64,000 nucleotides of DNA, taken from assembly GCA_012295275.1 (NCBI GenBank), contig CM022665.1, positions 6,634,001 through 6,698,000 on the forward strand, in the 5' to 3' direction. Made by a program: the position numbers and the translations under genes. Origin of the DNA: Chrysomallon squamiferum. Lineage: Eukaryota > Animalia > Mollusca. Of the stretch, positions 19,691-31,294 are shown in pieces (position 1 is the first letter of the stretch; each line of letters opens with the position of its first letter). Under the pieces are notes generated by a model. It saw nothing but the letters and a program-made list of their open reading frames with translations. It ran no database searches and was not told the DNA's origin.

Positions 19691-20549
19691 AAAAACAATG
19701 TCTGAAATGAATTGTGAAAGAATTTCAGCATGTGATTATCACAACAGTTCTGGATCTACCGATATCCAGACTGTTATCAGTCAAACATCACATTAAAATA
19801 AATAAATAAATAAAATCATGAAAATCGAAAGCTTCTGAATCTTATATTTTTTATGCTGATTATTTTCTCAATTTTATTGGAATGGTAGGACCTATAAACA
19901 TATTTAAATAGGCCCATTGATAAAAGTTATGGATTTGAAGTGACTACGCTTCATGATTAATTCTCTTCTGTTCAGTCAGATCAACAAATGCTATGGTACG
20001 TGTCTGCTTGTCAGTAAAAGTGCACTATAAGAGATAAATAGCTCCAAACTGATGTCTACCCCATGGAGTGCCAATAGAAGATCTTCTGTTTCATCAACAT
20101 CCTAATATGAAAGTCATTGCTCACCACTGCCATCCAGTAATTATTAATATAAAGATGTGGCAATTGTTGTTAAATATGGTTTTACTAAAATTTGAATTAA
20201 ATACTCTAATATTTATGACAGTATTTTGTTATTAATGAGATATCTTATCATTCAATCCCAATATTTAGTTTTCTTATAGTGTCTATAAATAAATAAAAAA
20301 TGGTAAACTTGCTAATACCAGAATGTGAATCTGTAAAAATCAGTATTGATATTGTGACACATAATTCTTTTTTAGTTTTTCAAATGAATACAAAATCCTA
20401 CATTAAACCGATAAGATATTTTATTGCAAACCAGAAAAAAATTTTTCATTTTTTTTTTTTTTTTTTATTATTGAAAGTTCATTCAATTAAGTCCAAATTT
20501 CCAACATCAGCAATCAATATGATTTATCTGATCAGTTCTTTAAAACATT

Positions 20550-23500
20550 TCACCGTGCACTTGCCATAATTGCTGCTACACCTGAAATGAAAAATAATAA
20601 ATGCTTTTTATTTTGTTAAACTGGTTTGTAAGTGAAAAATTTAATCTTATACATTGTAATAGCAAGTATAAATTTCTTCAACATTAATCTGACGTTTACT
20701 ATTCTGACTTTTAAGAAGGGAGTTCAGTGAATCATTCATATTGTCACAGTATTATGTAGTAAAGCAACAAACTGGCTCATTACAATGTCACCTATTAACA
20801 TTATTATGTCTTTTATCACTTCCAAACAAATATAAAATACCACTAGGATAAATGTATCGCAGTGCTGAAGAGCTTGAAATTTTGTCATGTCCCAATATTT
20901 GCTTGGTACTCCCCCCATTTTCAGAGCTCAATTATTATATTTGTCTTGATTGACTCTGGAACAACTGTTTCACACAAAATTTCACACTAGTAACAGGGCA
21001 AAAGTGCTGATCAGAGAATGATGCATCAAAGAAATGTTGTTTCAGAACCTGCTACTGATTTGTATTAGATAAAAACACATCAGGTTTCATTCTGTATGTG
21101 TGGAAATGACCTTGCTAGCATTTTCTGCTTGGAGAAAATTGTTCATTATCTATTAAAAACAGTGCTGTTGCTATGACAAAAGGCTACTCATCATGCTATT
21201 ATTTTTCTGAATGGTCTCTTTTTCACATATTAAAAATATTCATACATCATCAATTGTCTGACTGATTAAAAAAAAAAAAAAATTCATTTATCACCACTTT
21301 CTTAGAACAAGCTCTTAATAATACATTATATCTAAATTCATTTTCCTGCCTAAACTCCCCACTGTAAGTTTAACATGAAGATTTATTTTGGCATTATCAT
21401 CTTACTATCATTTCTCATCAAACTTGTGACTGCCAGCTCTAATTATGTCATGACATCAATAATGATAAATCAATATAAATCTTACTATCAAATGTAATTT
21501 TTTCTGTTATATTTTTGGTTTTAATATTTTCTTCTTGGCTAACTATAAAGATCAACCCATCTTCCATTAGTGTCCATCCATATTTTGAAATCCACTGACT
21601 TGCAAGAGATTCTGCAATTAGAAAAACTTAATGAAAATCAGATTTCAACAAAAGTTAGAAAAACCAAATACAAAAAACCTTCTATGACATGAAATTGTTT
21701 TAATATCATGCAGAATTACTGTAGCACCAGAAGTGGACTCTACCATTTTTCAGTCTTATCAATGCCCTATCAAAGGCTGTATGTGAAATGGCACATGAAA
21801 AAATACTTGCTGCTGATTAAAGTAGCCCACATAAGTATTTGGCTACAGTTATCCTTTTCTATCACTACAAAAACCTGATAGTTCATACAGTAACAATTAA
21901 TATTAAAATATGTTGGTATTATTTTCAATGCTATCAGAGATTTAATTATGTTTTACTTTTTATAAAGTTGATCATTTTTTTTTTAGTGTTAACATAGTTA
22001 CAGGATTTGTAGGTTTAACTACATGTTGGAAATGGTTACCTGTAACATCTCCTAGCAGTTCTTGTAGAGTCTTCATTGGAATTGTTTGGTATGTTGCACC
22101 AACCACATGACACACAACTGGAAACAAAAGTTTTAAAAGTTTTTAAGCAGTAATGCATGATAAATAAATTATAACACTATTTCTAAAAATCAATGTCTAT
22201 CATTGTGAAAATATTAATGTATCTACATATTCTTGAATTATAGCATTTATACCTTAAAGTGCTGAAGATGTATATGAAAGTATGCTAAAGATTATGTATT
22301 AAAAGATAAAATCTAGTTTTTGTACCTGGAAAATCTACTTACATTTACGAATTGAATCTTCAAATCCAACAATTCCATCTATTATATCTGGCTGAGTTTG
22401 AAGTTCTGACTAAAAGCATAAAAACAAGTTCAGATTAGTTAATTTACTAAACATATTCCATTTTGAATACAATAAAATGTTTTGTTTTATTTAAAAAAAA
22501 ATAAAAAATTCACTAACTGACAACATCAGACTTAAGATTAGTTGAACAATAATTTTGTTTGCAGTAATTTATTAATTACTATTAAATATTAAATACTTGT
22601 TGCACACACACACCAATTTCTTATCTATTCCAGGGCAAATACAAAAATATTTTTAAAGTTGTGTCATTTTCAAAAAAACTTATTTTTCGTGATTAATTCA
22701 AATGAAATGTGTATGAAAATCAGTGGTCTTGCCAGCATTTGTGAAAGGGATGGCAGGAATCAGCGTAACTGGGGCAAGTTAAATGAAGGGAAGGTACAGA
22801 AAATGTTCAGGGTACAAGTACTTTGAACAATGTTCAAATTACTTGTTTGTCAAAATTCTCCTATAAATAACTGCATCAAATATTTGCATTAACTATTAAC
22901 ACAAGTTTATTTTATTTGCTATTAAATCAAATCAAAGTGTCTGTTTAATTTATTATACCAAATTAAGTTCACATAATATACGGGTGGCAGATATTGCTGC
23001 CATTGCCGACAAATAAGGGGCGAATTCATCATAAGCTGCAAGTGATGGTGGACAAAGCTGGACTTTAAGAGAAATTTAATTAGAAGCTTGGACAGACAAA
23101 GAATGTTGTGATTACTCTTTGAGCAACCAAGCTAAACATGTCTTATAATTGCTCCTACCCAGAATGCTCTGAACTGACATGTTTCTAGGAGATAGGCTAG
23201 ATGAAGGATCTTTACAATTCTCTCTTCTTCTTGCTGCATCTGTTAAGCATAATAAAATAATTTTATAACAAATATATGATATATAATGGGCTGATGGTTT
23301 CTTTCTTTAAAGTATTCAAAAAATTATCCATGTATTTCATGGTTGTTCTTCCATGACATTAAAAATTGGTACTTTCCTTTCTGTCTGTGTATATATGTAT
23401 AATTATGTTAAAACATACAAATACTTCCACCCATCCGTTACACATACAACAATTAATAAACAGTTCTGTTATTTCTGATATGTATTATATACGTGTATCT

Positions 23501-25155
23501 CCAGATATTCATCTCCTGCGTTCTAAAAATATAAACATTTGCATGTATTACTATTGTTGGATTTTTTGGGGGTTTTCAACATTTAAAAATAAATTTTGCA
23601 TTAGTTTTAGTAACTCTTTCTTACAATAAAATTGTAAATTTCTTTGAATATATAATAAAACACAATCAATAAAGAACTGTCATTACCATTTTAAATTAAT
23701 GCTAATCATATTCTTACCGTGTCTATGAGGCATTTGCAAAGCATAAAAGTCTGTATGTGGAAGATTGGTCAAAGCTTTCAAAAGGATAGTAGCAGTCATC
23801 CCAATCTGGAAATAGCCTGGGTTAAACTGATACCTGAAAATTTTAAATAATTATTTTTAACATTAAATTTACAATGCAATGGTAACAATAATTTATATAT
23901 ATATATCTCTGTTTGTATATGTTTATTGGTGCTAATTAATGCTGCTTGTATATGTTTACTGGTGCTAAAAAATGCCATTAGTATTTGTTTATTATCAATA
24001 AAAAGTGCCCGTTGTATTGTTTATTTAATTATTGACAATAAATTGATGCCTGCTGACAACCATAATTATATATGAATATGAGGCAATTTTGCAATAATTA
24101 TTGGCACATTTTACTGAGAATTTAGGCAAATGAGGGCAGACATTTACTGAATTTCAGGCACAAGGGCAGGCCACCCTTCCCTTCCTTCACTCTCACACTC
24201 ACACTCTCGCTCTCTCTCCAAAGTAAGATTATAAACTGCCAATCTTCTCAGTTGAGTCAAATTTACATGATTTGATATCCAAAAGTAATCCTAGATATTA
24301 TCCTAATAATTATTAGTGTAGCAGTTAATGCACAAAAAATGTATTTTCTTTTTATGTGTTCATTACTCACAATTTGAGAACTGCAAGGTTGGCTTCCAAA
24401 TCATAAGTGTTCTCCCGTGCCTGCATGTCCACATAGCGTTCCAATGTTTGGAGATTTTCTGGGTTGTATCTAAAGAAAGGATTTAAATAACACTAACTGT
24501 TAGTTCATCAAATCAAAACTAAAAACTCTTTGTTTTCTTTTAGTCTAATGACACTAATAATGATGATAAATAATTATAACAACAAAAATAGACCTGGATA
24601 CTGAAACAATACAAGTTTTGCTAATGCTTTCACTGCAGATATATATCTATGTTCTAAATCTTGACATAAATCTCATTTAAAAATAACTGGTGTCAGAATC
24701 AGGATTATAATAAGGTGGAGCATAGTTCTTCAGTTAAGTGTTATCTCATTTTTACAAAGGCATTTGAATTTTGACCAGTCCATTTGGTGTGGGGATCTTG
24801 CCCTACAGGAAATTTGTGTAAATTCAATTTCTGCACGGGCAAAGCTGCTGTATATTTTCTGTGCAATTAGAAGCTGTTTAAAACGATCAATGACTACAAT
24901 GTATAAAAAGTAAAAGCCAAAAAATGAGAAATAATGATATTAATTTTTTGACTTTTTTTCATAGATTTGTGGAAACACTGATATGTTTATACATTAATAT
25001 TTTAATAATGTATTCATTTTCAATACTCAAGTTGTACATAGTTGCAAAGCCATTTCACCCATAAGGAAACTGAACTTATGACGATTTCACCCACAGCGAT
25101 ATCGACAGGCATATCCATTTGGATGGGTACATTAGATAATAAAAACCCAAATGTA

Positions 25156-25208
<53 letters not shown>

Positions 25209-25622
25209 ATATTTAGACGTGCCAACTAGATTTATAATAGTAAGTGTTAGATTAGGAACATGCGTTACTCTGATTTATTAACTAAACTTTTTCTTTTAAT
25301 AAAAGAAACCTATTTTATAAAGTAAAATAATTTAATTTTTAATGATGACATTATAATTAAATGTATGACTGATGATCACATTCAGCATGATATACTAATG
25401 AGACACTAAGTCTAATGTAAATTATTGTAATGATGATAATGAACGACACATGGCGACATAGTCTTTGTTAATTCACTTGTTACTGTTGCCGTAAGTTTTA
25501 AAATTTAAATTTGTTATCCATAATCATCTGTTTTAGGAGCAAGAGAAAGATAGTCTGTTAAAGTATTACCTTTCTATTCCTTTCAACAACGAGGCAACTG
25601 TTGCTCTCATTGCCTCTGCCAT
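20550..25622 (-). CDS. EIF3K: Eukaryotic translation initiation factor 3 subunit K (~216 aa; apparent 1-nt insertion in exon 3)
   Basis: Exons 25622-25570, 24469-24371, 23833-23718, 23239-23159, 22409-22343, 22117-22040, 21611-21486, 20581-20550. Protein: [124 protein letters not shown]. The summed CDS is 652 nt, one more than a multiple of 3. Confidence 0.95.
21740..21920 (+). mobile_element. Degenerate SINE remnant, same family as 37918-38058
   Basis: Contains tatcaaaggctgt..cttgctgctgattaaagtagccca, resembling the body of the tRNA-derived SINE seen elsewhere in the window. Confidence 0.4.
23914..24026 (+). repeat. 33-bp minisatellite, ~3.4 degenerate copies
   Basis: Units start at 23914, 23947, 23980 and 24013: tgtatatgtttattggtgctaattaatgctgct / tgtatatgtttactggtgctaaaaaatgccatt / agtatttgtttattatcaataaaaagtgcccgt / tgtattgtttattt. 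Confidence 0.7.
25156..25207 (+). repeat. (ATT)n microsatellite
   Basis: About 17 perfect ATT units in EIF3K intron 1. Confidence 0.95.
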
Positions 25623-25903
25623 ATTTTCTTTCTAATTTTCTATAATGTGCTGTGAAATTAATAACGACCGAAATTTGGAAAGTCGTAAATATATTTAAGT
25701 TCCTTTTTTAATAATTGTATCAGACAGATATTTACGTGTTCTCTCAAAACGTTTTATTATTTTCTTTCTAATGTAATATAGAGATTAAAACACTTATAAT
25801 TATGTCAACTGTCGTAAAATTGGCAGCTCTTCTTTTTTTTTTTTCCGTTGATCAACTGCCGAAAGCATATTTGATATCTCTGGCGAATTTTAACAGTTAA
25901 AAA
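25623..25903. promoter_or_regulatory. Bidirectional promoter, EIF3K / TTC9C
   Basis: Divergent ATGs only 281 bp apart; CpG-enriched relative to the flanks. Confidence 0.7.
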
Positions 25904-26739
25904 ATGAGCATTACTAATTCAGAAAAGATGACAGATGAACAAAAGTTACAAAAAGCAAAGGAGTTTAAATCAGAAGGGAATCAAGCGTATAAAAATAAGA
26001 ATTTTAAACAAGCTATTGGGAAATACCACAGGGCCCTTTTACATTTGAAAGGAATTGGGCAACTGCATGAACCAGCGTCAATGGCTTTATTAATTAACGG
26101 TGACAGTAATGTTGTAGGGGTTGATAGTCAGCAGGATTTAGAATATCAAACGCTGATGGCTGAAGTAACTAATGTTAAAGCCGATTGCTATAATAATCTT
26201 GCTGGTAATCTTAATTATTTTGTATTTTCGTTACTAGAGTTGTTGATTATTAATATTGTAACATCACAGAATTATAAATTTATTTTTATACAAATAAAAA
26301 AAAAAAAAATAAAAAAAATAAAGAATAAAAAGAAAGAAGAAAGCCGTAAGCATATTTTCAAGTTCCTGCCATTTAAAATAGGTTAGCCAAGACCATTATT
26401 TAAAAATATCCTTATTTAAAAAAAAAAAAAAAAAGTATTGATATAGATATGATCAACAAAAAAACAACAACATATGAATAAACTTAAATTTTGTTTTGTA
26501 GCCTGTCTTCTACAACAAGAAAATCCTAACTATGAAAGAGTAATACAGTATTGTGATGTTGTGCTGGATATTGTTCCTGACAATGTAAAGGCAATCTATA
26601 GGAAAGGTTTGTCACTATATGGGTTGAAGGATTTTGACAGAGCTATGGAGGTTTTCTTGCTTGCACAGATTGGTAATAATGTTTCTTTTTACTATCTGTA
26701 TTAATTTTCAGTATAAAATATTTAAATGAGTAACAGATA

Positions 26740-26773
<34 letters not shown>

Positions 26774-27176
26774 CAGTGTTTTCCATGTTTTCCCAAGTTG
26801 GGGGCAATTTGAATATGACAATACAGGTTTAGTACACATTATAAACATGTTGTAATCTAAGAATATTCTATAGCTCTTCAAGTAGGAGCATCAAAATGAT
26901 CGAGGGTTTCATATGGGAACCACCTGTATGTCTGTGTGTGTTTGTGTGTTGTGTTTGTTTGTTGTTGTTTTAATTTTTTAAGTATTGTCTTTTATTTATT
27001 AATTTATTATTTTTATTTATTATTGTTTAATATATATTTTTTAATTTAATGTTGGTTTTTTTAACTTTATATTTCTAATTAATTCATTTTTTTTTAGTTT
27101 TTTTTAGTTTTTTTTTTTTAATTTATTATTTTATTTTAATATTTTTAAATTTATTTTGTTTTAGTTTTTTATTATT

Positions 27177-27212
<36 letters not shown>

Positions 27213-29461
27213 AATTCATACTTTGGGATTAAATAACTTCGGTTAACATATTTTTAAACATATTTCATTTTTTGTTCTGTATATGTGGTAAATAATCCAC
27301 CAGAATTCATTTTTCAAGAATACGTTCTACATTATTCACTCTTTGAGTGGGGTATCATCACTCACCAGGCAAATCGTTGTTGCTACATTCAAGAGTGGCT
27401 TTTCAAAGAACCTTAGGAAGTAGTGACAGCAATGAAGGGCTGTCTGTCCTGCCAAATTTTAGCATTCTTGTCATTAGTATTAGATAAATTGATTAAAAAT
27501 TTTGTATGGTGTTCAACTTCACAAACTTTCACGAGTCACAGTTTCTTAACTGTTGACCTGGTCTATTCCTGTTAATAAAATTAGAAAGAAAAATATAAAG
27601 ACACAACTAGATCCTGCATTTATTTGTCCTTAGAAACATTTATTATTGTAATCATTATTATTAATGTAAAATTAGTTATTCTACACAGATATATAAGGGT
27701 TTGAAATAAATGTACACATTGTTGCTTGGGTTATGCTAAAGTTTTAGGTTCGTAACCAATGTTAGCACCTGAAATTTGCCTGTAATCATCTGTGTGAGAA
27801 ACCATTTGTGGACAAATTTAAATGCTGGATCTGTTATAAAATACATAAAAAGAAAAATAATAATACCAAAGCAGCTGAGCAGGTTTAACACAAATGGTCA
27901 CCAGGCCTTATCAGACTTTGTACCAATTTTTTAATATAAATTATGATTGATTTACTTATTTATTTATTTATTTACTGTGTGTGTTTGTGTGTATAATAAT
28001 AATATGCCTTTCAAGAAAAAAATAAATAAATAAATAAATTAAAGAAAAATTAAAAAGCAGTATTTTTATATTTATTAATCTTTCTGACTGTAATCATATT
28101 TTATTTATACAGTGGATTCTTTCATATTGGGTATGTAAAGATTAAAAAGACAGGAAATGGAAATATTTTTATTGTAACTGTTAAAAACCAGGTGAGAAAT
28201 AGTCTGTCACTGATTTTATGTGTGTTTGTGTGTGATTACATATACAGTAAAGATTATAATTAACAAACCAACATAAGTAGAGGTCTGATTCTCAAGAAAG
28301 TAAGCCACAAGTAATCGTAAACAGACATAGGATTTAAATGTTTGTCAAATAATTTTATCATTTATGGCACGAATCTGTTTTGTCCAAGGCCCTATTTTAT
28401 TAGAGACAGAATATCAGAATATCGATGTATACCTGTAGATACTTAATTTTATGTTTTGTGACAGTGGCTTGGTTATGTCGTATTGTCTCATTTCGCTTTT
28501 ACAAAACCTCACGTTTCCCTTATGTGTCTAGAGGGAGAAGTGGCTTCTCGCTGTTTTTCTATCCTAGCATGAACCCTGCATGACTAAATCTCCCTGTTTA
28601 AATAGTAGATTTGGTGAACGTTCATCTGTTAATTTTGCTTTAGAAAGTTTGGTATGTTGTTATTTTTTAGTTCACTCTGCCATTACGACGAATGTTTTTG
28701 ACACTAAACCTAAATGAGTGAATTCACTTAGGTATCAACAGATACTAATAACAATCTTGTTCATTTATCTGCATACAATAAATTATAAGGAATATGGCAT
28801 CATTGTTTATCAAGCCTTCAAAGAAGCCTAATTTCATGCAAATTGCAGCCATTGTTTAAGAAGTGAACATAATTTAGTTTTTCTGGAATTTACACCCAAA
28901 ATTCAAAGTAGAGAGCATCTGGATTAGACAGGGTTTTATTGATAATAGATTAATAATAATTGGACAGGACTTTAAAATGGTGCTGGACTGGCGAGAGACA
29001 GGTTTTCTTTGAGTCCACAGTATATATTTACTGTAAAACTAGTGGCCCACTCTCCCTATTAGATATTTGGAATGTACTGTGCTCTGATATTCTAGAAAAA
29101 TAAATAGAATAGGGAACTGGTATTTGATAAAGTGCAGTTTTGAGGCCTGTATATGTAATTTTATGTGCTAAGCTTTATTTAGTATACTGTATATTGTCAA
29201 GGTTCCATTCAGTGAAGTTTTATTGTTTTTTTATTGATATGTGAAATTTTCTTAAATATTTAATATAGATAAATGCTTACATTATGAATACAATTACATA
29301 TAATATTGTTGCTGTTTGCAGATCCTTTAATTGAAAAGTACATTGTCAAATGCCAAAAGCAACTGGATAAACAAGAACAAAATATGAAAAAATTATTTTC
29401 TAAAATGTTTGAGAGCAAGCAGACAGATGAAAGTGAATTGGATGCAGCTGTTGTGAAATGA
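25904..29461 (+). CDS. TTC9C: Tetratricopeptide repeat protein 9C-like (TTC9 family), 203 aa
   Basis: Exons 25904-26204, 26502-26672, 29322-29461 (612 nt). [78 protein letters not shown] matches the TTC9 family. It is probably the single invertebrate co-orthologue of TTC9/9B/9C. Confidence 0.9.
26930..27210 (+). repeat. T-rich low-complexity tract ending in a ~30-nt poly(T)
   Basis: Seen directly in TTC9C intron 2. Confidence 0.8.
28585..29020 (-). mobile_element. pogo/Tigger-like DNA transposon, left-end fragment (copy C)
   Basis: The reverse complement begins TA-ctgtggactc. It shares aaagtcctgtcca.ttat.attaatctatta, cttctttgaa.gctt.ataaacaatgatg, cattta.gtttagtgtcaaa and taatggcagag with the element at 52405-53396. 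Confidence 0.75.
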
Positions 29462-31294
29462 ACCATGAAAATTATGCCAGAGATTTCAAAGAACTCTTCA
29501 AATTGCTGTTTCTGGAACATTTAAATAAAATTTGTTGCAGTGTTTACTTTTCTTTTTTGAAAGAATCCATTATGCTATAATAATACTGAAATTTGTTTGT
29601 CTAAAAATTGATTATCCTGGGTTTTTCTCTGATTAGTTTGCAATCCAAAAAAAAAAAAAAAAAAAATATATATATTTTTTTTAAATTTTACTGTGATTAA
29701 ATGTGTTGTTTGGTTTTACCTAAGTTGTATTTAAATTTACTTTCATGCTGAGATTTTTCAAAGCAAATTTATTTTTAATATTATAGTATGGATCAGTTTG
29801 TTTTAGATATTAAACATAAAGTTTAAAAAGAATAATATCAATAAACAAAAATTAAAACATAATGAATTAATTCATGTACCAGATCATTTATCCAGCTTAC
29901 AAAAAGCTGGCTTTAGAAGTGTATTGATATGTATTGTAAAATACAATTTCATTGTTTATTTTCTATTTTAAATACTAATCTTTGGTCCTAAACAACCGAA
30001 AAATCAGATATCAAGATCACCTCTGGTCAGTGTTGCCAGATAAATATAATGCTATATAAGTATTTAGACCTCTTGCTCTATACATTCAATGTTTTCCGTC
30101 CATTCTGTCGTTGTTACAGTGTTTCTATATATAATGTATTTGTTCATGTACATTCCAACACAACATAGAGAATGCACGTTTAAAAAAGTCAACATGGAAA
30201 TAATCCACATTGATGGATAAAATTTATTGGAAAAAAAAAGTTTTGTATTATCTGGATGCAGAGAATTGTCATTTGGAGTCCAGATGTTAAATAAAATGTT
30301 TTGCATCAAATATTTTTAATTGTTTGTTTTAAGTTGACCTTAATGCTGATTACAGTGTATTATAAAAAAGCTTGAATACTTCTTAATTTTTTTACATGCC
30401 TGCAAATAAGTTTTTCATGAACCACCAGACTTTCCATTAATGTCTTAACCATTCTGTTTTTTTTTTTAAATTTCAAACAACAAAATAATATATTCAGCAG
30501 AAAGAATGGCCTGAGACTTGATAGATTTTAATAATCCTTCAATGTTTGTTGTGCTCTCTTCCATTGGAGGCAGGACCACAAAACCTGTTTTTATCAAATG
30601 CCATTAGATGCCTTAAAAGATCTTAAAGTGATGATAAATAAAGAGTAATGGCAGCAGTAGATTTCAATTATCATATTTCACAGAATTTATAACTTTTACC
30701 CTAATAAGAAATAACTGTTAATAAACAAATATTAATTTTGCAGAAATTATGGCTTTGTGTTGTTATTGATTTATCCTTACTGGAGTGCTTATTATGCTGT
30801 AGTTTTGTTTTATTCAGTTATTATTTATTTATCTTTGAGTGTTGTGGAATTCCATTATTTCCAAATAAGAATGGATTATCCTTCATTACAGATGTAAGAC
30901 TGTAAAACATTACTTAACATTTTTATCATCAATAAAAACCAATTAAAATGAGTAATATTCAAACAGATGTTTTATTTGTATGATATTGGAAAATGATAAA
31001 TAATCTGCTGAAAGTAGTTTCCTCACAAATAAATTCATTTTAAGAAACATCATTTCACTAACAAAGTACTCTAGCTTTTATTTACAGAAAGCTTTGGACA
31101 GTGTATAGCAATCAGATCTCATTTATTATAAATAGTTATATAGAAATGAATAAAAAATTTAATAAAAATTAAATTCATTTCAAACCAAAAAGATTTTGGA
31201 CATTTGAATCAATTTCTAAGTTCTTCATTTTTTTCAAGGTGATCAAATCAAGGTTACATTTCATTTACTCCTACATGTGTAAATGTACATTATT

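Noticed and set aside
21075-21200. Possible box C/D snoRNA (minus-strand ATGATGA...CTGA) in EIF3K intron 7
   Set aside because: Weak terminal stem, longer than typical, and no recognisable rRNA or snRNA guide.
23914-24026. CRISPR-like array
   Set aside because: Eukaryotic intron with degenerate tandem units and no unique spacers or cas genes; it is a minisatellite.
25042-25281. 79-aa ORF with poly-Ile
   Set aside because: It derives from the (ATT)n microsatellite, antisense within EIF3K intron 1.
27290-27570. GC-richer block with a LINE-RT-like peptide (PSLLSLLPKVL*K, minus strand) and small hairpins
   Set aside because: Too short and ambiguous to assign; probably a decayed repeat.
28540-28580. 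cgctgtttttct, identical to part of the human telomerase RNA pseudoknot
   Set aside because: No template upstream and no partner strands; it abuts a transposon fragment, so it is most likely chance.
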